Source of the DNA: the human T2T-CHM13v2.0 reference genome, Homo sapiens
DNA: 64,000 bases
Direction: 5' to 3' (one strand)
Assembly (NCBI RefSeq): GCF_009914755.1
Contig: NC_060945.1
The notes beneath the pieces were generated by a model. The model worked only from the letters and a program-made list of their open reading frames with translations. It was not told the DNA's origin and ran no database searches. Position 1 is the stretch's first letter. Every line of letters starts with the position of its first letter. Below, piece after piece: positions 39,651 through 52,838 of this stretch. The translations under genes and the position numbers were made by a program.

Positions 39651-40372
39651 TGTATTAGTCTGTTCTCACGCTGCTATAAGGACATACCTGAGACTGAGTG
39701 ATATGGTTAGCCTTTGTGTCCCCAACCAAATCTCATCTTGAATTGTAGTTCCCATAATCCCCATGTGTCATGGGAGGGACCAGGTGGAAATAATTGAATC
39801 ATGGGGGCAGTTTCCCCCATCCTGTTCTCATGATAGTGAATAAGTGTCACAAGATCTGATGATTTTATAAAGAGCAGTTCCCCTGAAGATGCTCTCTTGC
39901 CTGCCACCATGTAAGATGTGCCTTTGCCCCTCCTTCACCTTCAGCCGTGATTGTGAGGCCTTCCCAGCCATGTGGAACCATGATTCTGTTAAATCTCTTT
40001 CCTTTATAAATTACCCAGTGTATTAGTCTGTTCTCATGCTGCTAATAAAGACATACCTGGGACTGGGTAATTTATAAAGAAAAAGATATTTAATAGACTC
40101 ACAGTTCCACATTGTCAGAGGCCTGACAATCATGGCAGAAGGGAAAGGAGAAGCAACGGTGCATCTTACATGGTGGCAGGCAAGAGAGCATGTGCAGGGG
40201 AACTTTCCTTCACAAAACCATCAGATCTCATAACCCTTAACTCACTATCACAAGAACAGCATGGGAAAAACCCGCCCCCATGATTCAATTACCTTCTACC
40301 AGGTCCCTCCCATGACACATGAGGATTATGGGAGCTACAACTCAATGTGAAATTTGGGTGGGGACACAGCCA
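39651..40372. mobile_element. Nested, inverted pair of THE1 (MaLR) LTRs
   Basis: Antisense LTR end 39651-39698, sense LTR 39699-40018 lacking its last about 44 nt, antisense LTR 40019-40372. Confidence 0.9.
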
Positions 40373-40704
40373 TTTTTAAATTTTTATAATTAATGGCCAT
40401 CAACATTTGTACAAATGACTGATTTCCTTGGGTACTAAGTAATTTTTCTCTGAGCCATGATTGAATAATTTTCAGTTGAGGAAAATAATACTTTATATAT
40501 GAAATCAGATTTGGAGTGCTGGTAGCAGTGACATTACAGACTTATAAAAATTATAAAGGATTTTATATTAACTAAATGAAGACATTGAATTGAATAAAGA
40601 TAATTTCTGTAAAACTTTTATGCCTTTAATTCGTAATGTTGGGTATTGCATGGCTTATTCATGATTCCATTGCTATTTATTAGTAATTTTCTAAATGAAA
40701 GTAG

Positions 40705-41261
40705 TATAAACCAAAAAGTATCTTAAGACAAGTCTCAATCAATTTAGAAAGTTTATTTTGCCAGGGTTAAGTACGTGCCTGTGACACAGCCTCAGGATGT
40801 CCTGACAACATGTGTCTAAGGTGGTTGGGGTACAGCTTGCTTTTATACATTTTAAGGATACATAATATATCAGTCAATTCATGTAAGATTCACATTGGTT
40901 CAATCTGGAAGGGAGGGACAACTCAAGGTCTGGTCACAGGGTGGCTTCCAGGTCATCGGTAGATTTGAATATATTCTGATTGGCAATTGGTTGAGTTATT
41001 ATCAATAGAAAGGAATGTCTGGGTTAAGATAAGGAGTTGTGGAGACCTAGGTTTTATCATGCAAATGAAGCCTCCAAGTTGCAGGCTTTAGAGAGAGTAG
41101 ACTGATAATGTTTCTTACCAGACTTAAGGTCTGTGTTTATGTTAATGCTGGAGAGGTATACTGAGGCATGTCTACCCCCCACTTCCAGTCATGGCCTGAA
41201 CCAGTCTTTCAGGTTAAATTTTAGAGTGCCTTGAAGCTTCAGATTTTGTTTTTGGTTTACG
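40705..41261 (-). mobile_element. MER4-family ERV1 LTR
   Basis: aagtctcaatcaatttagaaagtttattttgccagggttaag...ggggtacagcttgcttttatacatttta. Confidence 0.8.
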
Positions 41262-42687
41262 GTATAAAAACTGATAGGTTTAAAGATAATTTTATTTTTC
41301 TCAATTCGGCTCTGTAAATTTGGCAGTTTATTCATCCATTTTGATACTTCCTGGCATTTTATATGACTTTGTTTGTGTACTTTATTATGTATTTTATTTT
41401 TAGGTAGCTTGGTTATCTCAGCTCTGTAAAACCATTTTTATGGAAGTGAAATTCTTTGGTGGCATGGCAGACACTGCCAATGCCTATCCAATGAACATTC
41501 TTTTCTTTTTGATAGCAGAACCCTGATTTCATTTTCACAGCAGCCTTTGCCCACCCAAAAAATTCATTTCCCAATCTCCTTTGCAGCTATGAGTGGCCAT
41601 GCAACTGTGTTGTGCTTTGTGAGGCTTTTGTAAGTGGAAGTTTGTAGGTGGGGCTTGTTAAAGAAGTCTCATTCATTTGGGAGACACCTTTTGTCCTTTG
41701 CCCTTCTCTTTATCCTACCTAGAACTTGGACAGGATGATGGAGGAGGAGACCATGCAGTGACAAACATTCTGATGCATGTTCCACTTTAAAGACTTGATG
41801 TTGGGTGTCCCTACTAGGTCTGGACTGCCCATTGTGTCTTCTAAGTTAGAAAAGAAAGACACTCCAGAGTATTGAAGCTGCTGTTTAGTTGGGAATCTGT
41901 TACATGTAGCTGAATATAGTTTCTATCTAATACATATGATTTCTGTAAAAGATACTTGGGCTGCAATATCTCTTAAACCTTTCATGTAATTTGTTTAGGA
42001 CTTTTTAGACTTCTGAAAATACATATTTTATACATAAATTGTCAAGCATGTTTTGAAATGCACATTTTACAATTTGATGTCAACAAAGCTGAATGCAGAA
42101 CATTTTAAAACTTTTTATTTTGAAATTTCAAATTTAAAGTTGCAAGACTTAGTACACAGAACTTCCATAACTTTTTTTCTCCCCAAACCATTTGATAGTA
42201 AGTTGCAGGCATCATGCCCCTTTAGCACTTAAATTCTTCAGGATATATTTCCTAATAAAAAAGATACTCTCTTACTATACTGGAGTTATCAAATTCAAGA
42301 ATTTAATATTAATGAAATGTCATTACTAAGCTGTGCATATTTATATTTCTCCGGTTGTCTCAATATCCTGCATAACATTTGGTATGGGATGCAGTCAGTT
42401 CCCCCTTTGGCTCACATGCTTCTTTAGTCTCCTTTAGGGTGGAGACTTCACCTGCTTTTCATGGCATAGACATTTTTGAAGATGATAGAATAATTATTTT
42501 TCACAGTGTCCTTCAGTTTGGGTTTGTGTGATGCTTCCTCAAGATTAGATTTCGGTTGTGCATTTTCGGCAGGGCTATCTCACAGATTATAGAGTGTCAG
42601 GAGGCACGCACTGCCATTTTATCCTATTATTGGTAATACTAACTTTGATCTCTTGGTTAAGGCAGTGACTGTCAGGGTTTACACTGT

Positions 42688-43389
42688 TGTTACAGTAGGT
42701 AGCTAGTCAGACATGAGCAGGGCAGAAGGGGGCCTCCCCCCCAGGAATGTCAGGCAACCATTAGGCGGTGGTCAGGCTGTTATTAACCATCTCTCTGAAA
42801 TAATAATTGGTCGCAGCCGGTGCCAGGGAAAGGCAGTCTCCCAATAGATAGAAACACCTGAAACTGGTGATTAGCAACTTCCTGATAAGATTCCAGGATT
42901 TGAGTGAATGGGCTCAAGCATATATGCACTAAGAGGCAAAACGGTGGAGTTTAACTGACATATGACCTTTGTTTAGGAACACCCAACTGGTAAGGGAAAA
43001 ACGCCTTAAGTGAGCACATGCACAATTTCAGTAAACACACTGTGCGTGCAGCCCCTCCCCAGTGCTGGCAGGCCACTGCACCTGTGGACAGCCATCCTGT
43101 AGGAAGAATCAGGGGAGAAGAAATGCAAACCCTGGAAGCATGCCAGTGTATAAAACCCCAAGTCAAAGGTCAGCTGTTCACTTGATCTTTCAAGTTGCCC
43201 GCTTGGCCCCCTTCCAAGTGTACTTTACTTCCTTTCATTCCTGCTCTAAAGCTTTTTAATAAACTTTCACTCCTGCTCTAAAAACTTGCCTTGATGTCTC
43301 TCTCTGCCCTATGCGCCTTGGTCAAATTCCTTCTGAGGAAGCAGGAAGTGAGCTTGCTGTAGACCTGTACGGGTTCGCCACTGTTAACA
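42688..43389 (+). mobile_element. MER50 LTR nested in an L1MC-like fragment (about 42105-43540)
   Basis: TGTTACAGTAGGTAGCTAGTCAGACATGAGCAGGGCAG start, TATAAAA, AATAAA, ...TAACA end. Confidence 0.85.
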
Positions 43390-44305
43390 CAATAAAGTTA
43401 TTCTTTCTCCCTTTATAATTTGTGGAAGAGAATTTAAAATGATGTAAATATTCTGTTCCTGATCAAACTTTCATTCAGTAGTTTTATCATCCATTGAAGA
43501 TTCCTGACTGAATTATTGCTGAGATAAATGTGAAACATCTTTTTAAAAAAGATTTCAATAGATCCTATTCTATTGACTAGGTTTGCTTTTCCTATCATAT
43601 CCATTGTGATTTTTTATTTCATGGTACTGTTCTATAGTGTTGGGAACTTCAAGAAATACAGAGATGTAAGGAGGAAGTTGGTTTTTATTTAAGGGCCATC
43701 AGGGGAGAGTTTGATAGTGAAATCCTATCTCTCTACCTCTTTTCCCTTCCAGTACAATGCAGTCAATTTTATAGGCCAATAGCATATAAAGAACTGAAGC
43801 AAATGGGGGCAAATGATCTATTCAATTTAGAATCTTTTATGACAGATTGGACAGTGAAATGATCTTCTTTTTAAAGTAGATCTGAAGATCTCCGTGGTAT
43901 AATTACCCACCGAGTTATGTCTTGCCGAAAGCATGTCTTTTCCAAAGGTGTTTCTCTCCTTGTGCTTACCATCATGGATAAGGCCCCTTTTCTTGTTAGG
44001 TGGCATAAATGAGGGGATGAAGAAAAGGACAGAAACTGCTAATTCAGTAAGACTTATTGGGGAGTAATGTAGAGAAGTTACCTTTTCGAAACGTGAGAAT
44101 GAAATAAGGGTTCTCCACAGCATGATTCATTCTTTCTAAAAGAATGAAGTTGTTTGGCCTTTCTCAAGTTCTTTTTCCTTTTTTACTCTAGTTTACTTTA
44201 TTCTGTTTTTTGTTTGTTTTGGAAAACCAAAGGTGATTTGTTTTCTTTTCCTAGTATATTTTCAGAGTTGAGAATATAATGATTTTGGGTTTTTCCTCCC
44301 TCTAG

Positions 44306-44383
44306 CACCAGCAGACGTTTTTGAATCAACTGAGAGAAATTACGGGGATTAATGACACCCAGATACTACAGCAAGCCTTGAAG
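44306..44383 (+). CDS. USP25: USP25 coding exon 2 ([26 protein letters not shown]; UBA domain)
   Basis: Acceptor ttttcctccctctag|CAC, donor AAG|GTATGG; 78 nt, phase 0-0, continues the exon 1 frame. Confidence 0.98.
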
Positions 44384-47300
44384 GTATGGCCTCTGTTTTA
44401 TGATATACAGTTTGTGGTATATGCTCATCTCTAGTGCGTATTATATTTGATAGTTGATTTTTTTTTTGGGGTATACCATGTGGTAGTTTTAGAGATACAG
44501 GAATGGACTTTGTAAAGTAAAATCCTCAGTTAACACACTGCGGTTTTGAGGATGTTAGCTTTCAGCAGTCTGATGTCCATGATACCTTAGAGTGACAGAT
44601 AACCTCTTTCTATATATGAAATGCTTTTTGTGCAAGATAGTGGGATGTGAATCCTAATTCTAATGGATGGTTTTACTTACGAGCTGTGATTTTAGAGTTT
44701 AAATGAGGGTTCAAGGTGGGGTGTATTAGAGGATGAGGTGTAAGAGAAGGGAAAAGTAGAAAATTAATAGAAGTCTGAAAACTTACATTTTTCTTCTCCT
44801 GAGAAGCAGAGATATAAATTTGCACCCATTCAGCTAATTACACCCTAAGTTAAACATTCGATTTCAAACTCTTCAGTATAGGCAACAACTAAAATGTATC
44901 ATTTTGGTCATATCTTAGTTGGACCTTCAGTTTCACATCGACATCCAAATGAGTCATATCATATGGATACTCACATTGAAAAAGAGTGAATGAAAGCTAT
45001 TTAAGAACCAGAACTGTACAGTATTTTAAGCTTATTTGCATATTACTACTATAGGCTAAAAACAATATAGCATTTTTGCCACTGCAGTCATATACACAGC
45101 TCCAATCCTTTGGAACTTGATTTCAAGCCTAGAGTTCTTTATTTGTTTTTAGAAATAATCTATTAGATGATTATAATAAAAGTCATTATAACAATAAGTA
45201 GTACCGATTAAACATTTAGTACTACCAGGCAGTATTTTAAGTACTGTATGTGGGCTAGCTCATCCTAATAATAAATAACTCTATGAGATAAGTATTAGTT
45301 TCATCCCCTTTATGAAAAGATGAGCAACAGAGAGGTTAAAGTAACTTGCCCAGGATCACACAGCCTGTATGTGGAGAAGCTTGGAATAGAAACCAAGGCA
45401 GCCTGATCCCAGGTGCCACACTTAATTTATGCTTCTTTTACTAGAAGCTTTGCTTCACCTTATTCCCCCATCAGGAAAATCATGAAATAGTAGTGTTTAG
45501 AGCATTAATGCGGGGTGTATGAAGCCACTGTAAGTATTTGGAGAGGAAGCAGAAGTGCTATACCTCAATTTTTATGATTATGACGTTTAGATAATTGCTA
45601 GTCCCTTTTTATTCTGATAAATATCATTACTAAATTCCATGTTTGTTTTCAGAAACTGCCTTTTTCATTATGTATTACTGAGTGTGAGACCATAGCCTAT
45701 CACCTTGCCAGGGTAAATTTGGGGAATTTGCTTTTTTTTTTTTTTTTAAACTTAGAAAATATGTAGCTCGAATGAAGTCTTATCCACATTTCCTTTGATA
45801 GAGGTTGTGTGAGCATAGGTATTTTTAATTTTCCAAAATTTTTGTTTCAGTTACCAGTAGCTAGGGGAAAAGAGTGTATTTAAACCTTAATTGTTGCCCA
45901 TTATAAATACTGACGAGAAGTCTACTTTTGAGCACTGTAATGTCATTGATTAATTTCAGTACTTTTAATTTGAGAACATATTTTTAGCTCTAAAAAGTAA
46001 ATGAACTTCAATTTGTGTAAATTCCTGCTGTGTTGTTTTAAATTATTATATGAGGTAATATATGAAAAACACTTAGCACATTTCTTGGCATATAGTAAGT
46101 GCTCAATAAATGTTAGCCATCATTATTGCGCTTTATTTTATTGTTAGATTACTTATTTAACAATAGTGTATCTTACATTTTGGATGAGTCACTTAGGAAT
46201 CGTCTAATGATCATGACAGATAGCATTTTTGAAAGTGGTGGTGCCTTTGAAACTGCATCCTTACTCCTTTTGTCACTGACTGCTACAACTGGAATTGGGG
46301 TAGGTCTTGGGGACTTTATTCTGCCAGCTGCTCAGTCCTTAAATTTTGGAATCATCCTGATCCTACTTCTGTCATGTCCCACATTTAATAAGATAGCAAT
46401 AATATTGGATGCTGTCTTCTGCCCTTTCTCTCCTCTAGTCTATTCTTAATACATGGAGTAAACTTTTTAAAATGTAAGTCATACTATGTCATTCCTTTCC
46501 AAAACACTCCACTGGCTTCTTATTACACCCGTGTGCATGTCTAAGTTCTTAGGGAACCTACAGAGCCTTCCATGTTTTGGTTTTCTGTTACAAAGATAGC
46601 TTCGTTGTGAATATCTGGGTTTCCTATGTTGTTTTGGTTAACTGTTTTAGAGCTAACGTTTTACTTGCTGTCAGTTGTGCAGAGAATATAAAGATGTAAC
46701 TGGGCAAGTCTCTTCTCATTTTGCTGTTTTAAATTAAAATTCTTATTCTGGCATCTGCTTTCTTCTAAATAAACTTTAGAATAATTTTATTCAGCTATAC
46801 TTTTGATGAGAACTATGCAAAATGTATCTATTTAATTTGAGCAGGATTGTCATCTTGACAGTATTGAGTATTTCTGTCTAGAGTTCTATGTGTCTTTCCA
46901 TAATTCCATATTATCAAGCCCTTCAGTACATTTTGCCATTTTCTTCCCATGAGTCCTTGACATTTTGCTTAAGTTTGCCCCTAAGTATGTATCCAGCACC
47001 CAGATTAAAAGGAATATCTTTTATTGTCCTTGTTTGTAGAAGTACTAATTTTAATACCCATTTTGCACTCTTTCGTATGGCAAGTTCCAGAAGACCTTTT
47101 TTAGTTTATTTGTTCAAAAGTATAAGTTTGTGATTCACTTTTATTAAGCAGATAGGAAAGTAATGAAGACTAAGAAATTAGAGATGGATTTTTACATTGT
47201 ATCAGTAGTTTTAATTAGTAAGAAAGGTATTACTATTGATATAGTATACTTTATGTATGATGCATTTACACTATAAAATTAGAATCACATATAGATTAAT

Positions 47301-47411
47301 TGCAAATTTAAAGCAATTTTGTTCTAGAGAGTTATGGAGAATATTGTATAACTTTTTTTGATGGATAAAATTATTTCAAAACACTTGATACTCCTTTCTT
47401 GATATTTGAAG

Positions 47412-47556
47412 GATAGTAATGGAAACTTGGAATTAGCAGTGGCTTTCCTTACTGCGAAGAATGCTAAGACCCCTCAGCAGGAGGAGACAACTTACTACCA
47501 AACAGCACTTCCTGGCAATGATAGATACATCAGTGTGGGAAGCCAAGCAGATACAA
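47412..47556 (+). CDS. USP25: USP25 coding exon 3 ([13 protein letters not shown]...SVGSQADT; end of UBA)
   Basis: Acceptor ctcctttcttgatatttgaag|GAT, donor CAA|GTAAGT; 145 nt; matches ORF-track entry 47406..47648 up to the donor. Confidence 0.98.
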
Positions 47557-50500
47557 GTAAGTTTTCTTTCTTTTCTTATTATTTTAATAGAAACATACTG
47601 AAAAACTTTTCTTGGTGTAATATATTAATGTTGCTTAAGGAGAGGTAAAGAACCAAAAAAGAACTCTATTAACCTTGGTTCTTTTTAATGTAGTTGAAAG
47701 GAACATACATTATCTTTTTCAGATTATAAGGAAAAGATTTTATGTAAGTTATATAGTTTTTCATAGAGCATTTCATATAGAATTTATTGTTTTGAAATAT
47801 GGAATAGCTGCAGATATATTCATAAAAGGAAGAACTAGAATTTTTAGTGGGCACAGTTATTTTGCAGATTTTAAGTGCTGGTAGAGGCTTTAGTATTTCT
47901 TTTGAGGTTAAAGTATTATTTCTAATTACTGATAGGTTTACCATTTAATAAAATTTCCCTTCCCTTTCCCCCTGCTTCCAAATAAAGCTTTGGCAAAGAA
48001 GTTTATTATTGTGTAATGAAATTGCCTTTCATCCAAAAGAAAAAAAGAAAAGAAAACTTGGAAAAAGTGTTTTGGAGATACAAATACGTACATGTGGAAG
48101 ATTCTATGTGGGACTTAAGTTTTTCTTCATAATATGAATACTTTATACTTATGTAGCGCACAGTTTTTCAAACTATGTTCAGTTACCTTCATATCTCATT
48201 ATAGTTTAATAATTGTACTACATAAAAATAGTTACTTTTATGCCTTATGGATTTGCAAAGTTTGATTATTAACATATATTTGGAGAGAATTTCTTATTTT
48301 GTTTATAGACATTCTCAAAGTTAGGAAGCAACCAGAAAAGAGTTCGTTTACATAGATGTTTATTAATGTTTATTGATAAAATATTTTAATTTTTAGTTTT
48401 CAGGATAATCTTAGCATTTTTGCTACATAGATGATCTTGTGTCAGAGAAAACTAGAATACTCCTGTCTCACTTAGTTAATAGGTGATGGGAGAATGTTTG
48501 TAGCATATATAAGATAGACCTGTTTACTTAACGTCTAAGTTCAAGGCAAGCTGTGACTGGGCCCCCATCCACATTTCTAGCCTCATTTTCCACTGTTTTC
48601 CTCCTGTCATTCAACACTGTGATAATACAGAATGGCTTGAAGTTCTCATGTACTCAGTGGTATTTAATTTCTCTGTCTTTACATTTGCTGTTCCTTCTGT
48701 TTGAATGCACTCTGGCCTTTTCCTCCCTAGCCTAATTTGTTCTGGTCTTGAAAGATTTAGCTAAAGAGCTGCTTGCTGGAGAATGTTTTTCCTGGCCTCT
48801 AGCTAGGACCAAGTGTTTCTCCAGCATCCAGGGCATGCTTCTGTCTTAATGAATACTCTGTTATTTTGAAATTATTTGCTTGAACATTATTGGTGCTCAA
48901 AAAATGTTCACTGAGTTATGTTTGATAATATGTGCAGTAAAGCTCTTTCAAAACCAATGAAAGGGAATGAAGTTGAGAAGCTTGTTGCAAAAAGTTGAAA
49001 GAGAAGTGGTATAAAGGTCAGAAAAATGAGTACTTAATAATATTTTGGATATTTCAAAGTTCCAAGACTCGAGGGGAAAAAGAAACTAGATGGGTGATAA
49101 AAGGGAAAAGGATAATTTTGACTAAAATGCTCCTGGTTTAAGTGAAGCAAGCAGGAAATTGACTAAACAGAGATCATTGTTGTTAGTTGTGAACTCTTAA
49201 TATAGATGGTATACTTGGTGACATGACATGGTATATTTATAGAAAAGGGGAAAATTAGGATTATGTGTGTCCTGCACAAAAGAAGATATTTGCTGTGCAA
49301 AGTGAGAAAATACTGCATAAGGCAAATGGTTACACCTGTTTACGATTTTAGATAGGGAATAGTGAAAATATTATGGAGGACAAAAAAAAATTTTGAATAG
49401 GTTCCCTTAGGGAGAAGGCAGCCTAATTTCAGGAGGCACGTGTCTCATTTGCTGATAATTAAAACTTTTTTTGTGTGTTTGTGGATCTCTTGAAAAATAT
49501 TCACGAGGTAATTTTATTTTCCACTTGAAATAATGTAGAGAAATGAAGTTTCTGATGTCATCTCAACCGATTGTCATATTGAGTAAATTGCTTGCTGTTG
49601 TGGTTTCTTTATCCATAAAACACATAATACGTAATATGTATCAAGTGCTTTCCCTCTAATCAGGGTGCCAATTGAGATAGTGTGTCCATAAAGTTGGTTA
49701 GAGGTTATTGACAGCAAACAGTTGTAGGAATTTAATGTGGCAATTGTACTATGATAGTATCAAACCAGAAAAAAATTAACTGTTGGCGTAACAGTAATAC
49801 TTTTCCATTAAACATTCCTGCCAGTAGTGTCATAATGCAGTGTTACTGGTTTAAAACTGAGAAAGTGGGGAGATGTCATGCATTTCAGCAGGTATTAAAA
49901 AAATACTCTTTAAGTGACTGTGCAGTTACTGTTGAGAAGAAATGAAGTCGTGTATTTTTAATTCTTGGAAGATGTGGTAAAACATGAGGGAAGGAAAGAC
50001 AAAATAATTACAAATGGATATACATTCAAATGCAGGCCTCTATTTAAAAAAATCTACCTAACTGCTGTAGGAATGTAGAAGAATAGATCAGAGTGTGAGT
50101 TTTCAAGGGATTGTTGTAGATATAAAAACCCTTTTTGAGCACTTTCTCCATTTTGTGTGAAATACATTGTTATTTAAAGGTTGACCACAGTTTCACTTAA
50201 TTCTTTCAAATATGGCAGGGATTTTTATTTTCAGTTTTTTTCCATTCTTCTTTTTGAGGTATAAAATCTCTTAAAACCAGGGCTAAAGCAGAAACAAAGT
50301 CATGCTAACTTTAAGTGATACACTTGGTTGCAGTGCTGACAAAACGTCTGTCTTCTGAAATCGAAATCTCTAATACCAAATACATATACCTCTTTGTTGA
50401 TATTAGCTGGAATATCACTGTTTACAATGGACTGTTTCTTTTAGAAGGAATAAATTTTTTTTTTGCTGACTAGAAAAATTTAGTTTTTAAACTAATATCA

Positions 50501-52049
50501 CATGGAAGTTATATTTGGGGCATATGGAGAAATTTTTGTTTATGCATACCTGGTGTGTCAGAGGCTAAACTATATTATGTCACTGGATTTGAAAAACAAT
50601 TTGTGAGCCTTCCTTTAATATTGAAGAAGTAAATATATTTTCAATAGTTAGTAGGACAATTATATGCCTTTTTGGTGTACTTTTTACCTTTCACTTTTGA
50701 GAGAAAAAGGAGACATATCAAAGAAATCTTGTGCTCTGCATAAAAAAGAATTTAGAAGTCGTACACCTCATGTCTTTACTTGATTACATTCCATACTGTA
50801 ATTCTGTTGAATTCTGGAAAAAAGCCCAAATCATTTGTACTATAATTAGCAAACGTACTAGGTAACATTTTTTATTATTTGGACCTCTGTTCAGATCAGA
50901 TCAAATATTATAGATTGTCAAATGAGTGCCTGTTGTCCCTGGCTTAAATTGAGAATAAAATTGTTTTGGAGTTTTGCTGTCAAAAACACAAATGAAAATG
51001 AGACCAGGACACGATACCCGGTATTGAGCATTATAGGTGTGATTAATAGTCAGAGGAGAGATTCTGCCAAGTTTTTGTGTCACGGCAAACTCTGTCATAG
51101 ACATGACCATACAGCTCTTTTGCCCAATTTGAAGTCTAATAGTAATACTTTTTATTTTGTGACCATTAAATTCTTTCGAACATTTTTAAAACAGGAAAAA
51201 AACAGTATATGCTCTCCAGAACAAGATGTGCTACAATTGAGCGATCAAAAGATAAGAGGGATTTGGGTAGGTAATTTTAACACAGAAAGTAATGCCACAT
51301 ATTGACTCAAGTTTTAGAGAAATTGGTATAAGACTTGAAATGAGTGACAGGTGGTAAGACTCTTCAAAAATTTATAAGCCGTTTTTTTTTTCTTTTTTTC
51401 TAAAACACCTTGAATTTGAAAAGATGGCATAGAAAGGGAGAAAAACCTTGAGGTTCTATCCTAGAATTCTAGTTATGGCTATCTTGCTTGGCCACAGTAA
51501 TAGTGATTTAAACTGTGATAAATAGATCCAATTCTAGTGCTTTTATTCTTAGGATAATTCTCTTATGCTAAACAGTTTAGGATATTGTTAATTGAACACT
51601 GATACTTTTCCCATTGCCCAAGTAACTTCAGTTTTTCCCTAGAAATTTCTAATATGTAAAACGATTTTTGATGACTCACAGAAAGTCAAGATGAAGCCTA
51701 AAAACTGAGATGCTAAATGGTGTGAAAATTAGTTCCAACTGATGGGTGCAATTAGGAGCTTCAGATTGATTAGATGCATTTTATTAGATATGAACTGTAG
51801 AATGACTTGTATAACTTGATGAATTTTCTTTAGTTTTGGGTTAGAATGATAGCCATGGTCTTTGTACTTTTGTTGACTAACATGGGAGATTAATTTTACT
51901 TTTTTTCACAATAAAAATTGAAAAACATAGTAGAATTAATGACAAAACTCTGGAATGACTCCCTTACTACTTACTCATTTTCCTTGCTTACCACTGCTGC
52001 CACTGTGATTTTAGCAGCTATTATTAAAAACAGAACTAGACCATTTAAA

Positions 52050-52218
52050 GCTGAGCTGTTCAATATAGTTGCCACTAGTCACACATGGCAATTAAAATGA
52101 AATAATATTGAAATTCAGTTTCTCAGTTGCACTTTAAATGTTTAATTCTGGTGGCTACCAGATCAGTGCACATAATGCTACATTTCCATTATCACAGAAA
52201 GTTCTAATTTACAACACT
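52050..52218. mobile_element. MER3 (hAT) element
   Basis: ctgttcaatatagttgccactagtcacacatgg...catttccattatcacagaaagttcta. Confidence 0.7.
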
Positions 52219-52630
52219 CTTTTAAGAGAATCTGAGTTTAACAGTGAGAATATTGAAAGAATAGGAACATCTGAAGGAAGCTGAAAGCAAGGGAAAATGG
52301 GAGAGTGGAGTGGGAAACAATTTATATTGTTTATGTCTTCTGGCTTTTAAGATTCTTGCAACATGATACCTTACTATGCTGTCTGCCCTTTCACTTGAAA
52401 AAATTTTGAATATATAAAAGATATGTTCTCATCTTCTAATTAGTGCCATTATGAAGATGACTCACCAGTTTTTATCTCTATTCTGTATTTCTTTAACAAA
52501 TATTTATTGTCTAATATGTAGCAAGTACTTTTATAGACCATTAAGAAAGCATGCAGAGCCTCAGTTTACATAGAGGAAAGACAGTACACAGTAAACAAAC
52601 AGTATCAGATAGTAATAAGTCGTTCATGAA

Positions 52631-52838
52631 GAACAGTAGACCTGGATATAGACAAAGAAGTGATGGGGGTGTGCTTGTGGGCTGGGCATAGGATAATATG
52701 TGATTTTAGGTAGTGTGGAAGAGCTCATATTTGAGGAACAGTAGACCTGGACATAGACAAACAAGTGATGGGGGTGTGCTTGTGGGCTGGGCATAGGATA
52801 ATATGTGATTTTAGGTAGTGTGGAAGAGCTCGTATTTG
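52631..52838. repeat. 105-bp tandem duplication inside an L2-like fragment
   Basis: 52631-52733 versus 52736-52838, 3 mismatches in 103 nt. Confidence 0.95.

Noticed and set aside
50922-51305. ATG-initiated 127-aa ORF in intron 3
   Set aside because: No recognisable homology or convincing exon structure; the region is better explained as non-coding
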